Source: Candidatus Levyibacteriota bacterium
GTDB taxonomy: Bacteria; Patescibacteriota; Microgenomatia; Levybacterales; UBA12049
DNA: 64,000 nucleotides
Direction of reading: 5' to 3'
NCBI GenBank assembly: GCA_016182185.1
Contig: JACOXU010000001.1
Coordinates: forward strand, 402,915 to 466,914
Below, in pieces: positions 1 to 9,473 of the stretch (its first letter is position 1; each line of letters starts with the position of its first letter). The translations under genes and the position numbers were made by a program. Under the pieces are notes generated by a model, which saw only the letters and a program-made list of their open reading frames with translations, was not told where the DNA came from and searched no databases.

Positions 1-2385
1 GCAAAAAATATCGATAAAGAAGAAATAAAAAAGACCGAAGAGTTGGCAAATGCTTATAAAAAATATGAAGAGATAAAAATAAAAGAAGGATTGATGGATT
101 TTTCAGATTTGATAAATAATTCTCTTAAGCTTCTAAGAATCAGAGAAAATATTCTTAAATCATATCAAGAAAAGTTTAAATATATTTTGGTTGATGAATT
201 TCAAGATACTAATTTTGCACAAAACGAACTGGCAATACTTCTTGCTGGAAAAAATCAAAATATAATGATTGTTGGGGACGACGATCAGGCTATATACCGC
301 TTCCGAGGGGCGGCTGTTTCAAACATAATTCAATTTAAAAAACATTTTAAAAAGGCCAAGATAATTACTCTTACAAAAAATTATAGATCAACTAAAGAAA
401 TTCTTGATAAATCCTATAAACTTATACAAAGCAATAATCCTGACAGACTTGAGGTTAAAGAAAAAATTGATAAGAAATTAATATCCATGCGAAAATTAAA
501 TGGAGAAAAAATTGATTTTCTTTATAACAATCGTGTCGAAGAAGAAGCAGAATCAGTAATTAGAAAAATTAAAACTTTAATTTCGGAAAAAAAATTAGAT
601 TATAAAGATATTGCAATTTTGGTCAGGGCCAACGATCATTCACAACCATTTGTACGAGCTTTCGAACGTGCACGTATTCCCTATCAATTTTTGGGACCTG
701 GTCAGTTGTTTCATCAGGAAGAAATAAAGGATCTAATAGCTTATCTTAAAGTGCTTTACGATTTTGAAGATTCGGCCTCATTATACAGAGTCTTATCGAT
801 ATCAAACTTCAATTTTGAGGCGCGGGATATTGCGGCAATCTTAAATTTTGCCAGAAAAAGGAATATGGATCTTTTTGAAACACTTGAACACATAGACGAA
901 ACATTTCTTAACGACAAGGCGAAAGAGAAAGTCACATATGTTGTAAGGATGATAAAACGCCATCTAAAATTAGTGCCAAAAGAAACAGCCGGTCAAATTC
1001 TTTATTATTTTCTAAAAGACACCGGAATGCTTAAAAAAATGCTCTATATTGAAAGTATCAAAGATGAAAAAAAATCCCAAAATATTGCCAGATTTTTTGA
1101 TAAATTAAAAACTTTTGAAGTCGAGAATGCGGATGCATCTGTATTTTCCGTCGTTGACTGGATTGACCTTTCCATGCAAATGGGAGAAAGCCCATTGGCC
1201 GCTGATATCGATTGGACCGAAAATAATGCCGTCAATATTCTAACTATTCACTCAAGTAAGGGCCTCGAATTCCCCGCCGTATTTTTGGTGAATCTGGTCG
1301 TTGGCCGCTTTCCAACACGTGAAAGAACTGAACAAATTCCAATTCCTCAAGAGCTTATTAAAGAGATTTTACCCATCGGTGATTTTCATCTTGAAGAAGA
1401 GCGTCGACTTTTTTATGTAGGAATGACAAGAGCAAAAGATTTTCTCTTGTTGACTGCATCAAATTTTTACGGCGAGGGTAAAAGAGAGAAAAAAATTTCT
1501 CCTTTTGTTTCTGAGACACTTGGGGAAGAAACTATAGAAAAAATTAAACCAACTGCTAAAAGTGCTATTCAAACATCACTTCTTGAATGGGAACAGCCGG
1601 TTATCTCAAGCGAAAAGTTACAGAAAAGTAAACTTCAAGTCTCAAATGGAGTAACTTATCTTTCCTACTCTCAAATTCAAACATTTGATATCTGCCCTAT
1701 GCATTATAAATTAAGATATATGCTCAAAATCCCCGTACCCCAGACTTCGGCCCAAAGTTTTGGAACGAGCGTCCATGCGGCGCTTCGTGATTATTATCAA
1801 AATTGGATTTTTGGAAATAAACCAAAAATAGAAGACGTTTCTAAGTTTCTTGAAAAAGAATGGATAAATGAGGGTTATGCAAGTAAGGCTCATGAGAAAA
1901 GTGCATTTGTTAAAGCACAAAAAATCGCTATAGCATATCTTAAAAATAATTTTGATAAAACCCGTTTGCCTCTGGCGCTTGAGCTCCCTTTTCAGTTTGT
2001 AATAAAAAATTTAAAGATTGGGGGAAGAATAGATAGGGTAGATAAAATTGATAATCAAAAAATAGAAATTATAGATTATAAAACTGGGGACAATGTTCCG
2101 GATGAAAAAAAGCTCGCGAAAGATTTACAGCTTACATTCTATGCTCTTGCCGCAACCGAAGTTCATGATGCAATTCTTAATAAAAAACCGGATGAGGTCT
2201 TGCTTTCACTATATTATTTGGAACGTGAAAAAAAACTGACAACTACAAGAACTAAAGAGCAACTTGAAGAGGCAAAAAAGATGATTTTGGAAAAAGCCGA
2301 AGAAATCTCAAAAAGCGAATTTCTCTGCTCAGGTTCTGCTCTTTGCAAGAACTGCGAATACAAAATCCTCTGCGGGGTTAAATAA
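1..2385 (+). CDS. UvrD/PcrA-family helicase fused to C-terminal PD-(D/E)XK nuclease (AdnA/B-like), 5' partial
   Basis: Frame open from base 1. SF1 motifs VDEFQDTN, VGDDDQAIYRFRGA, TIHSSKGLEF and EERRLFYVGMTRA. C-terminal GRIDRVD..IIDYKTG nuclease motif with Cys in CPMHY and CSGSALCKNCEYKILC. Confidence 0.9.
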   Translation, partial: AKNIDKEEIKKTEELANAYKKYEEIKIKEGLMDFSDLINNSLKLLRIRENILKSYQEKFKYILVDEFQDTNFAQNELAILLAGKNQNIMIVGDDDQAIYRFRGAAVSNIIQFKKHFKKAKIITLTKNYRSTKEILDKSYKLIQSNNPDRLEVKEKIDKKLISMRKLNGEKIDFLYNNRVEEEAESVIRKIKTLISEKKLDYKDIAILVRANDHSQPFVRAFERARIPYQFLGPGQLFHQEEIKDLIAYLKVLYDFEDSASLYRVLSISNFNFEARDIAAILNFARKRNMDLFETLEHIDETFLNDKAKEKVTYVVRMIKRHLKLVPKETAGQILYYFLKDTGMLKKMLYIESIKDEKKSQNIARFFDKLKTFEVENADASVFSVVDWIDLSMQMGESPLAADIDWTENNAVNILTIHSSKGLEFPAVFLVNLVVGRFPTRERTEQIPIPQELIKEILPIGDFHLEEERRLFYVGMTRAKDFLLLTASNFYGEGKREKKISPFVSETLGEETIEKIKPTAKSAIQTSLLEWEQPVISSEKLQKSKLQVSNGVTYLSYSQIQTFDICPMHYKLRYMLKIPVPQTSAQSFGTSVHAALRDYYQNWIFGNKPKIEDVSKFLEKEWINEGYASKAHEKSAFVKAQKIAIAYLKNNFDKTRLPLALELPFQFVIKNLKIGGRIDRVDKIDNQKIEIIDYKTGDNVPDEKKLAKDLQLTFYALAATEVHDAILNKKPDEVLLSLYYLEREKKLTTTRTKEQLEEAKKMILEKAEEISKSEFLCSGSALCKNCEYKILCGVK

Positions 2386-2389
2386 AAAA

Positions 2390-2699
2390 CTCTGGAGAGA
2401 GAGTAAGCCAGATTCTGTTTCTACCGCAATCTATCTACGCCCTTTACTTGATGCTTCCGTAAGGGAGTATAGCGCATCATTCTAAGGTTGCAGCAGGTAG
2501 GATTGCCCGTTTCACTTTCACTCGTCTCTGTTGCTCTCAAGTCTTGTCAATTCAAGACCTGTTTCAAACTCCGCATGTGAATAAAGAGTCTGAACACCGT
2601 TTTCCCGGAGCTTACGCTCCGTCCCTTCCTTACTGCTGTCTGGACTTTCCTCCCCAATCATGTTTTAGGTGATCGGGGTAGCGGTTCTTCTCCCCAGAG
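2390..2699 (-). ncRNA. rnpB: RNase P RNA
   Basis: Minus strand has the P4 signatures GAGGAAAGTCC and ACAGAATCTGGCTTA, plus complementary termini CTCTGG..CCAGAG. Confidence 0.93.
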
Positions 2700-2736
2700 C
2701 CCCAATATTTTACTAGATTTAAGGCCCAAATGCAAC

Positions 2737-3786
2737 TTAGGAGCGCTTGGCAGAGTAGTCTTTGGAGTTTATTTTGTCAAGATAAAATTCAAGAAGTATT
2801 TTTATGGTGGCAGCGGTAGGCACTGCCAATACAAATCCCATTGGTCCCCAAAGATGCTCACCTGCAATTACAGAAAAAAGGATTACCACCGGATGAAGCC
2901 CCACCATTCTTCCCATAATATGCGGTGAGACAAGATAGTTTTGGAATTGTTGGATAAGAAAGTAAATTAAAGCTGTAAGAAGCGCCCCCTGAATAGGCGT
3001 TAGGGGAAAATTGGAAGTCCCGTTTAAAAAAACAGTAAAAGAAGCAACAACCCCCGCAGTAATCGGTCCAATAAAAGGTACGATTTCTGCAAATCCAGAA
3101 AAAATTGCCAAAATAAGAGCAAATCTCACACCTAAGACAGTAAGTGCAATATAAGTCAGGGCAAAAACAACAAACATAAGTATCAATATGCCCCGCAAGT
3201 AGCCTCCAAATACATTGTTTATTTTCCGCAAAATAATCTCGGCCTCAATTCTATATTCTTTAGGTAAATAATATAAAAATCTGTCAAATATTTTTTTCCC
3301 TTCTTTTAAGAAATAAAAAGCAGAGAAGAGAAAAATTATAGTGCTTATTATCCCCGACAAGGCACGGGGAAATATGTTAATTATCGATGAAGGAGACAAA
3401 AATCTTGATTTTCCCAAATCCAAAGACGAAAGTATATTTTCAACTTCGGGTTTAAGCCACGAGGGCAAAAGATTTATCTGCTCGCGGGTCATACTTGTGA
3501 TATTGGCAGTGAATTTAGTCAGTTCTTTCGACTCATGCAGAACTTGCCTTGTGATAATGGTTCCAAGGCTCACAATTCCTGTGATTATTGCAACGTAAAT
3601 AACAATTATTATTAAAGTTCTGGGTAATTTTATCTTGTCGGAGAAAAAGTCAACAATGGGGTTTAAGACATAAGCAAAGACTGCGGCCAAAATAAAAGGA
3701 ATTAAAATTTCTCTTTCTATATAGAGAAAAAGTAAAGTAATGAGCCCAAGGGCTATAAAAAAAATTGTTCTAAGTCTTATCGCCAT
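2737..3786 (-). CDS. AI-2E (PerM) family membrane transporter
   Basis: About 350 aa and multi-TM; motifs IVPFIGP, QNYLVSPHIMG, LHPVVILFS and GFVLAVP. Confidence 0.85.
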   Translation of the reverse strand: MAIRLRTIFFIALGLITLLFLYIEREILIPFILAAVFAYVLNPIVDFFSDKIKLPRTLIIIVIYVAIITGIVSLGTIITRQVLHESKELTKFTANITSMTREQINLLPSWLKPEVENILSSLDLGKSRFLSPSSIINIFPRALSGIISTIIFLFSAFYFLKEGKKIFDRFLYYLPKEYRIEAEIILRKINNVFGGYLRGILILMFVVFALTYIALTVLGVRFALILAIFSGFAEIVPFIGPITAGVVASFTVFLNGTSNFPLTPIQGALLTALIYFLIQQFQNYLVSPHIMGRMVGLHPVVILFSVIAGEHLWGPMGFVLAVPTAATIKILLEFYLDKINSKDYSAKRS

Positions 3787-3816
3787 AACTTTTTCTAATT
3801 ATATCAAGTTTGAAGT

Positions 3817-4617
3817 TTAGCTGCTCGCGCTTGAGTACCTTTTAAGCGAAAATCTCCAAAACCTGACAGACAAATATAAAGAAAGTGCCCCGATAAATAA
3901 AGAGACTATAACTGCGTTTAAGGATAAAAGTCCCATTACTGCTTTGGCAGGAAAGGTTACCATTACGCCAACCGGAATAATAAATGTGATTACAGATCTT
4001 AAGGGATTTTTATAAATGTCTACTGGAAATCTTCCCATCTGAGTCAGATCTCTGAAAAGCCAAAGCGTATTATCGACTTCGGCCGTTAGTATTCCAATTG
4101 CCAAAACCAGAATATGAAAAGATAATGCAATTACAAATCCATTCAATAAAAGCGTAAAATAAGTAATTAATTCCGACATCGATACAGGGCCGATTTTAGA
4201 AAGAGAAACAAATATGAACAAGAGAGATATTGAAATTATCGGAATATCCAGCACATCACTTCCGCCAAAGAGAAGTCTAAAAAGTGGAGAGACAGGCTTG
4301 GTGAGAAAATAATCAAAATCTCCCCTTATTATATAGCTTCGAAATCGGTAAACTTCTCTTAGGAAAAACTGCGCAAGACTATCGATAAAATTAAAGGTTA
4401 TATAGAAAAGAATTATCTGCCACAGACTATAACCTGCAATTGCATTGGTTCTTGATGCAATTATAAGAAGGAAAAAGAAAAAGAAAACAAATCTAATAAA
4501 TTTTCCTAAAACAAAAAGGGCAGAACCGAATCTTGAAACAAATGCATTTTGAGAAACCATCATGGTCATCATCCACCAAAGCTTAATGTATTTAAATAAA
4601 TTTAGTTTATCTTCCAT
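3817..4617 (-). CDS. ABC-2 family permease (DUF990-like)
   Basis: Hydrophobic; GDFDYFLTKPVSP and RFPVDIY motifs; in operon with an ATPase. Confidence 0.85.
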   Translation of the reverse strand: MEDKLNLFKYIKLWWMMTMMVSQNAFVSRFGSALFVLGKFIRFVFFFFFLLIIASRTNAIAGYSLWQIILFYITFNFIDSLAQFFLREVYRFRSYIIRGDFDYFLTKPVSPLFRLLFGGSDVLDIPIISISLLFIFVSLSKIGPVSMSELITYFTLLLNGFVIALSFHILVLAIGILTAEVDNTLWLFRDLTQMGRFPVDIYKNPLRSVITFIIPVGVMVTFPAKAVMGLLSLNAVIVSLFIGALSLYLSVRFWRFSLKRYSSASS

Positions 4618-5401
4618 ATGCAGTATAGCTTCGCAAACCCCTCTGCCAAAAATATTTCACCGTAAAGTAAGTTATAAAAACCCAAAAATTTGCCATAATA
4701 AGACCTGAAAAGATTTCAGGAAAACTTAATTGTCCAAGATAAATCTTAAGCGGAAAATATAAAAGATACGTAAAAGGAAGAAATTTCAATATTGAAAAAA
4801 TAAATGATGGAAGAATATCAAGCGGAAACAAAGAGCCCGCAAAGAACCCAAGAAGAGTTATAAAAATAAATCTAGGCGCCCAAACCTCAGGACTCCAAAA
4901 CCCGATAAGTCCTAAGAGAAAATTAATAAAAAAATAAAGAAAAAGAGAGGAAATAATTGAGAAAATAAAAAACAAAAGATAAAAAAAATTGGTCTGAATA
5001 AAGATTGGTGGTTTAAGAATTATAAAGATCAATGTTAACTCAAATATTGAAAAACAGATATTCATTGCCTTGTCTCCAATATCTTTTGAAAACCAATACA
5101 AAAAATAATTGACAGGCTTAAGTAGAAAATTCATTAAATTTCCGCTGTTTATCTCTTCTCCGATTATGTAAGTCCTTGAAGAAAGTACAATTGAATCCAT
5201 AAGTGATGTTCCTAAAATATAGGTAAGCATGAATGATTGGCTATATCCCAAGATATTTTTTCCAGGAGGCAAAACTACCAGCCAAAGAAAATAAATAGTC
5301 AGAAGCTGAATAGTATTTCTTACCCGCCACATCACAAAACTTGCTCTGTATGTGAAGGCTTCATCCCACGTATTTCTAGCAATAATATAATACTTTTTCA
5401 T
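4607..5401 (-). CDS. ABC-2 family permease (DUF990-like)
   Basis: Hydrophobic; EEINSGNLMNFLLKPVNY and GSLFPLDILP motifs. Confidence 0.85.
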   Translation of the reverse strand: MKKYYIIARNTWDEAFTYRASFVMWRVRNTIQLLTIYFLWLVVLPPGKNILGYSQSFMLTYILGTSLMDSIVLSSRTYIIGEEINSGNLMNFLLKPVNYFLYWFSKDIGDKAMNICFSIFELTLIFIILKPPIFIQTNFFYLLFFIFSIISSLFLYFFINFLLGLIGFWSPEVWAPRFIFITLLGFFAGSLFPLDILPSFIFSILKFLPFTYLLYFPLKIYLGQLSFPEIFSGLIMANFWVFITYFTVKYFWQRGLRSYTAYGR

Positions 5402-6378
5402 TTTCCTTCTCTGGTATAAACTTGAGCTATCACATCCTCTACCTGCTGCTCTTCAATTGTTAAATCTTCAACTTCAAAGTTTCTAAGAATTACAGAAGCA
5501 ATTGAATTTACTTTTTTATTAGGAACATTTAAAGTAAGTTCTGGAAATACAAAAGAATCTATTGTCCCTAATTTATCTATTTTCTTAGGATCTGCATATT
5601 TTCTAAAAAGGACTTTAATTTTCTTATAAGGTGCGTACTTTTCAACCAAGGAAGAAAGTAACCCGTCAAAAATAATTTTTCCAAAATTAATTACAATTAC
5701 ACGTTTGCAAAGTTCTTCAACATCTTGCATATAGTGACTGGTCAAAATAATTGTTGCTTTAAAACGGATATTATATTCTTTTATAAATTCCCGCAGTTTT
5801 TTTTGCATTAAAACATCAAGCCCTATGGTAGGCTCATCCAAAAATAATACTTTTGGGGAATGAATAATTGATGCCATAAGCTCAAGTTTCATCCGCTGTC
5901 CCAAAGATAGCTTTTTAACAGGAACTTTAAGTATTTCTTTGACTTCCAGAAGACTAGAAAGATCTCTTAGGACAGTATTATATTTTTCATCTGAAATTCC
6001 GTATATTTCTTTATTAAGAATAAAAGTGTCAACTGCAGGCAAATCCCACCAGAGCTGATTTTTCTGTCCCATAACGAGCGCTATTTGCCTAAGAAGCTTC
6101 GGATTTCTTTGATAAGGATCAAATCCAAGCACTGAAATCTCGCCTTTTGTGGGATATAAAAGCCCGGAAAGACATTTAAGAGTTGTAGTTTTCCCGGCCC
6201 CATTCGGACCAATAAATCCGACTAGCTCTCCCTCGTTTATTTCAAAAGAAATATCATCAACTGCTTTAACATTTTCATATTTTCTTACGAAGAGAGATTT
6301 TAATGATCCGATCATTCCAGGTTCTTTCTGATGCACCTGGTAGTATCTTGATAAATGAGAAATAGAAATAACCGACAT
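5398..6378 (-). CDS. ABC exporter ATP-binding subunit
   Basis: Walker A GPNGAGKTT, signature LSLGQ, Walker B LFLDEPT and switch SHYM. Confidence 0.93.
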   Translation of the reverse strand: MSVISISHLSRYYQVHQKEPGMIGSLKSLFVRKYENVKAVDDISFEINEGELVGFIGPNGAGKTTTLKCLSGLLYPTKGEISVLGFDPYQRNPKLLRQIALVMGQKNQLWWDLPAVDTFILNKEIYGISDEKYNTVLRDLSSLLEVKEILKVPVKKLSLGQRMKLELMASIIHSPKVLFLDEPTIGLDVLMQKKLREFIKEYNIRFKATIILTSHYMQDVEELCKRVIVINFGKIIFDGLLSSLVEKYAPYKKIKVLFRKYADPKKIDKLGTIDSFVFPELTLNVPNKKVNSIASVILRNFEVEDLTIEEQQVEDVIAQVYTREGK

Positions 6379-6385
6379 AAACTAC

Positions 6386-6510
6386 AAATTCAAAGCACCA
6401 AGTCCCAAATAATACTTAAGTTTCAATTACCAAAATTCAAAACTGTTTTGAAATTATAATTTTGAAAATTGTAATTTATTTGGAATTTGTAATTTTGTAC
6501 TTGTAATTTG
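6386..6510. repeat. Imperfect palindrome built of roughly 7-nt repeats (CAAATTC-like left arm, TTGTAAT-like right arm)
   Basis: Left arm caaattc/caagtcc/caaataa/caattac/caaaatt mirrors right arm ttgtaat/ttggaat/ttgtact around a ttcaaaac..gttttgaa centre. Confidence 0.7.
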
Positions 6511-6525
6511 TTCATTAATTATAGC

Positions 6526-6561
6526 AAAAAAAGAAGCTTCCGAATTTTCGGCGTGCTTCTA
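6526..6561 (-). terminator. Intrinsic terminator after HU gene
   Basis: Minus strand AGAAGC..CCGAA/TTCGG..GCTTCT hairpin followed by T7. Confidence 0.75.
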
Positions 6562-6592
6562 TTTAATATTTGATCTTTAATATTTTATACTG

Positions 6593-6865
6593 TTATCTGA
6601 CTGCCTTTTTAAGTGTCTTTCCAGGAGTAAAACCAGGGGCTTTTCTTGATGCGATTGTAATTTTTTCTCCTGTCTTTGGATTTCTTCCTACTCTCTCCAC
6701 TCTGTTTCTTATACTAAAGGTACCAAAACCTGTAATTACAACTTTTTCTCCTCGCTTTAGTGAATCGCGAATAGATCCGACAAATGCCTGAACTGCATCT
6801 CTTGCTGCTTTATTTGTAAGATTTGCTTTTTTAGCTACGATCTCGATAAGATCTCTTTTGGTCAA
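6593..6865 (-). CDS. hup: DNA-binding protein HU
   Basis: GFGTF and GRNPKTGEKI motifs; TTG start preceded by SD-like GGTGGTGA. Confidence 0.95.
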   Translation of the reverse strand: MTKRDLIEIVAKKANLTNKAARDAVQAFVGSIRDSLKRGEKVVITGFGTFSIRNRVERVGRNPKTGEKITIASRKAPGFTPGKTLKKAVR

Positions 6866-6967
6866 ATTACATCACCACCCTCTGGGCAAATAATTTTTGA
6901 TTTAGATTAAAAATACAATGAAAACAAGACATTGTCAATATATCAAAAGAGAGCAAAATAAAGAATT

Positions 6968-7079
6968 GCGCGGGGAGTTTCTAAAATTTTCAATCTGAAC
7001 ATTTACGTAATATGATTGCTTTTCTAAAACACGCTTCTCGCGTTGTGAAGATGAAAATTTTTGGAAACGACCTCAGCGT
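6968..7079. repeat. Palindromic element, intergenic copy (paralogue of the insert in map)
   Basis: GCGCGGGGAG..AAAATTTT..TTGCTTTT..TTGTGAA..GAAAATTTT..GACCTCAGCGT blocks are colinear with 20792-20907. Confidence 0.85.
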
Positions 7080-7088
7080 TCTCAAAAA

Positions 7089-8336
7089 TTAGTTTTCAGA
7101 CTGAGAGGAAATTGCACGAAACTCGCGAATTGCTGTAACTTTCACCTCTCCCGGAACTGCAAGAGAGCTGCTTACTTCATCTCGTATCTTATGAGCAATC
7201 AGTGTAGTTTGGGAGTCATCTAGTTTTCCCGGATCAATAATAACGCGTAGCTCTCTTCCTGCCTCAAAAGCATATGCATCCTCAACGCCCTCATATTTCT
7301 TGGCAATTTCTTCCATATCTTTAAGTCTTACTGCGTATTCCTCTACGTCCTCGTACCTTGCGCCGGGCCTTGCTCCCGAAATTGCATCAGCGATATAAAC
7401 TATAACTGATTCAATTGAGGAAAATGGCTTATCTTCATGATGTTCAAGCACGCAATTTATGACCTCCTCGGGCATACTAAACCTTTTGAGAAGTTCTGCT
7501 CCAAGTTTGACGTGACTTCCGTCTCCCTCAACAACTTTACCGACATCATGAAACAAACAGCCAAGCCTTACGATATTTACATTTGCTCCTAATTCATGAG
7601 CAATATGTATCCCTATTTTTGTTTCTTCCAAAGTATGAACAACTAAGTTTTGTCCGTATGAAGTTCTGAATTTAAATCTACCTAGAATTGATAATAAATC
7701 TTTTGGAAGATTAAAAACTCCCACTTCGTGAGCAAGTTTTTCGCCCTCCTCAAACATTATCTTTTCTACTTCTTTTCTAGTTTGTTCGACAATCTCCTCA
7801 ATTCTGAATGGCTGTATTCTTGTATCTTTTATTAATTTTTCCAAAGATCTTCTTGCGACCTCTCGCCTTATCTGATCAAAAGAAGAAAGTCTGATTACGC
7901 CTTCCTCATCTAGATCAACATCGACGCCTGTTGCTTGTTCAAATGCGCGGATATTTCGTCCTTCTTTTCCAATAATTCTTCCCTTTAAGTCTTCATCAGG
8001 AATTTTCACCACCGACACCGTGTATTCTGCTATGTAGTTGAGGGCGCCGTGGCGCATGCTGTCGATTAATATTTCCTGCGCTTTTTTATCTGCCGTTCTT
8101 TTTGCCTCTTCTTCTCTCTCTTTAATAATACGCGCAGCTGCTTTGGCTTCTTGCTGTTCTACTTCTTTTAATAATTCCTGTCTGGCCTCATCTCTCGTCA
8201 AAGAAGAGATTTTCGATAATTTATCCTTGTATTCTTCTTTAAGTCTTGCAAGATTTTCTTTTTCCTTTTCAATATTTTCTTCCCGTTCGAGAAGTTTTTT
8301 CTCAAGTTTTATAAGATCTGGACTCTGTGCTGCCAT
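7089..8336 (-). CDS. rny: Ribonuclease Y (no N-terminal TM anchor visible)
   Basis: Coiled coil, KH domain (KGRIIGKEGRNI), HD motif (LFHDVGK) and ADAISGARPGAR. ATG at 8336 chosen as start. Confidence 0.92.
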   Translation of the reverse strand: MAAQSPDLIKLEKKLLEREENIEKEKENLARLKEEYKDKLSKISSLTRDEARQELLKEVEQQEAKAAARIIKEREEEAKRTADKKAQEILIDSMRHGALNYIAEYTVSVVKIPDEDLKGRIIGKEGRNIRAFEQATGVDVDLDEEGVIRLSSFDQIRREVARRSLEKLIKDTRIQPFRIEEIVEQTRKEVEKIMFEEGEKLAHEVGVFNLPKDLLSILGRFKFRTSYGQNLVVHTLEETKIGIHIAHELGANVNIVRLGCLFHDVGKVVEGDGSHVKLGAELLKRFSMPEEVINCVLEHHEDKPFSSIESVIVYIADAISGARPGARYEDVEEYAVRLKDMEEIAKKYEGVEDAYAFEAGRELRVIIDPGKLDDSQTTLIAHKIRDEVSSSLAVPGEVKVTAIREFRAISSQSEN

Positions 8337-8346
8337 AAAATTATAC

Positions 8347-8463
8347 GAGGACAATAGAAGATAATCCCGCCCTGGCGGGAGATTAGATTTTAAACATTCT
8401 GTCTGAGGGGTTTATCTTCATATTTTTTCCTAAACCTCTAGGCATTATCCTATTGTCTCTCCC
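8347..8463 (-). ncRNA. Candidate structured RNA (6S-like or rny leader)
   Basis: 5' GAGACAATAGGATAAT pairs with 3' ATTATCTTCTATTGTCCTC; begins just after a TGGTATAAT extended -10; lies upstream of rny. Confidence 0.45.
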
Positions 8464-8621
8464 AAATTATACCACATTCTAGATACTAGTAAATAGATAA
8501 AAGATAATGATTATTATTCGCCAATCCGTAATTAACAACTAACTTCTTATTTCGGTATATCATATACAATTAAAACCTATTGCTCACTCAAATATTATAA
8601 TTATGCTATAATTTTTTTTTT

Positions 8622-8987
8622 ATGAAAAAAGAACTTAAGCAAGTACACATAATTATTTCCGGATATGTTCAAAAGACGCTATATAGAAAATTTGCAATAC
8701 GCAGGGCAAAAAGTCTTAACTTGACGGGTTGGACAAGAAATTTAAAAAAAGACCGCAATTATTTCAATCGAAGATGGAAATTTCTTTTTTTTATTCCGTT
8801 CATAAAACCCTTAATATTCGGAAGGGTTGAGTGCGTCGTGCAGGGCAAACAAGAAGATATTGATAAATTTACTGAATGGAGTAAGAAAGGACCATTTTCA
8901 AAATGGATATCCAAAGCTGAGATTGAAGTCACAAAAGAAAAAGTGACCAAAATTTATGATAATTTTTCAAAATATCCAGATTTTTAA
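8622..8987 (+). CDS. Acylphosphatase-like protein with internal insertion
   Basis: ISGYVQ..YR, LTGWTRN, GRVECVVQG and KGP motifs. Confidence 0.75.
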   Translation: MKKELKQVHIIISGYVQKTLYRKFAIRRAKSLNLTGWTRNLKKDRNYFNRRWKFLFFIPFIKPLIFGRVECVVQGKQEDIDKFTEWSKKGPFSKWISKAEIEVTKEKVTKIYDNFSKYPDF

Positions 8988-8990
8988 TTT

Positions 8991-9473
8991 TTAAGAAATC
9001 TCTTTAAAAATTTCCTTAATAATATCGTAATTGAAACCTTTAGACGCGAGATGTCTTGCGACTTTCTGAAACTTTTTTTCCCGTGTTAAATTTTTCCATT
9101 TTTCTTTTTTTCTCTCAATAAGTTTTCTAGCTGATTCTAAATCGCTACTGATTGTTAATTGTAAGCTTTCAATAGCGTGCTCTATTAATTCATTGGAAAT
9201 TCCCTTTTGCTTTAATTCAATTTTAATTAGTCTCAAAGATCGGGGTTTGAAGTTTGTCCTTTGTTCAATCCACCATTTGGTAAATTCCTCATCGTCCAAA
9301 AATTTATATTCTTTTAATCTTGTGATTATTTTTCGAATTAAATCCTCGGGGAGTTTCTTTTTTAATAAATTTTTAACAACTTCGTGTTCTGACCGGGGAC
9401 GATAAGAAAGAAATTTCAGCGCTTTATTATAAAACTTTCCTGCCTTGCCGGCAGGCAGGTCAAATTCATCCAT
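8991..9473 (-). CDS. recX: Regulatory protein RecX
   Basis: LSYRPRSEHE, LDDEEF, ELKQKGI and LASKGF motifs; directly downstream of recA. Confidence 0.9.
   Translation of the reverse strand: MDEFDLPAGKAGKFYNKALKFLSYRPRSEHEVVKNLLKKKLPEDLIRKIITRLKEYKFLDDEEFTKWWIEQRTNFKPRSLRLIKIELKQKGISNELIEHAIESLQLTISSDLESARKLIERKKEKWKNLTREKKFQKVARHLASKGFNYDIIKEIFKEIS
9439..9459. repeat. 21-nt palindrome inserted in frame in recX
   Basis: CCTGCCTTGCCGGCAGGCAGG; length equals 7 codons (region LPAGKAG). Confidence 0.75.
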
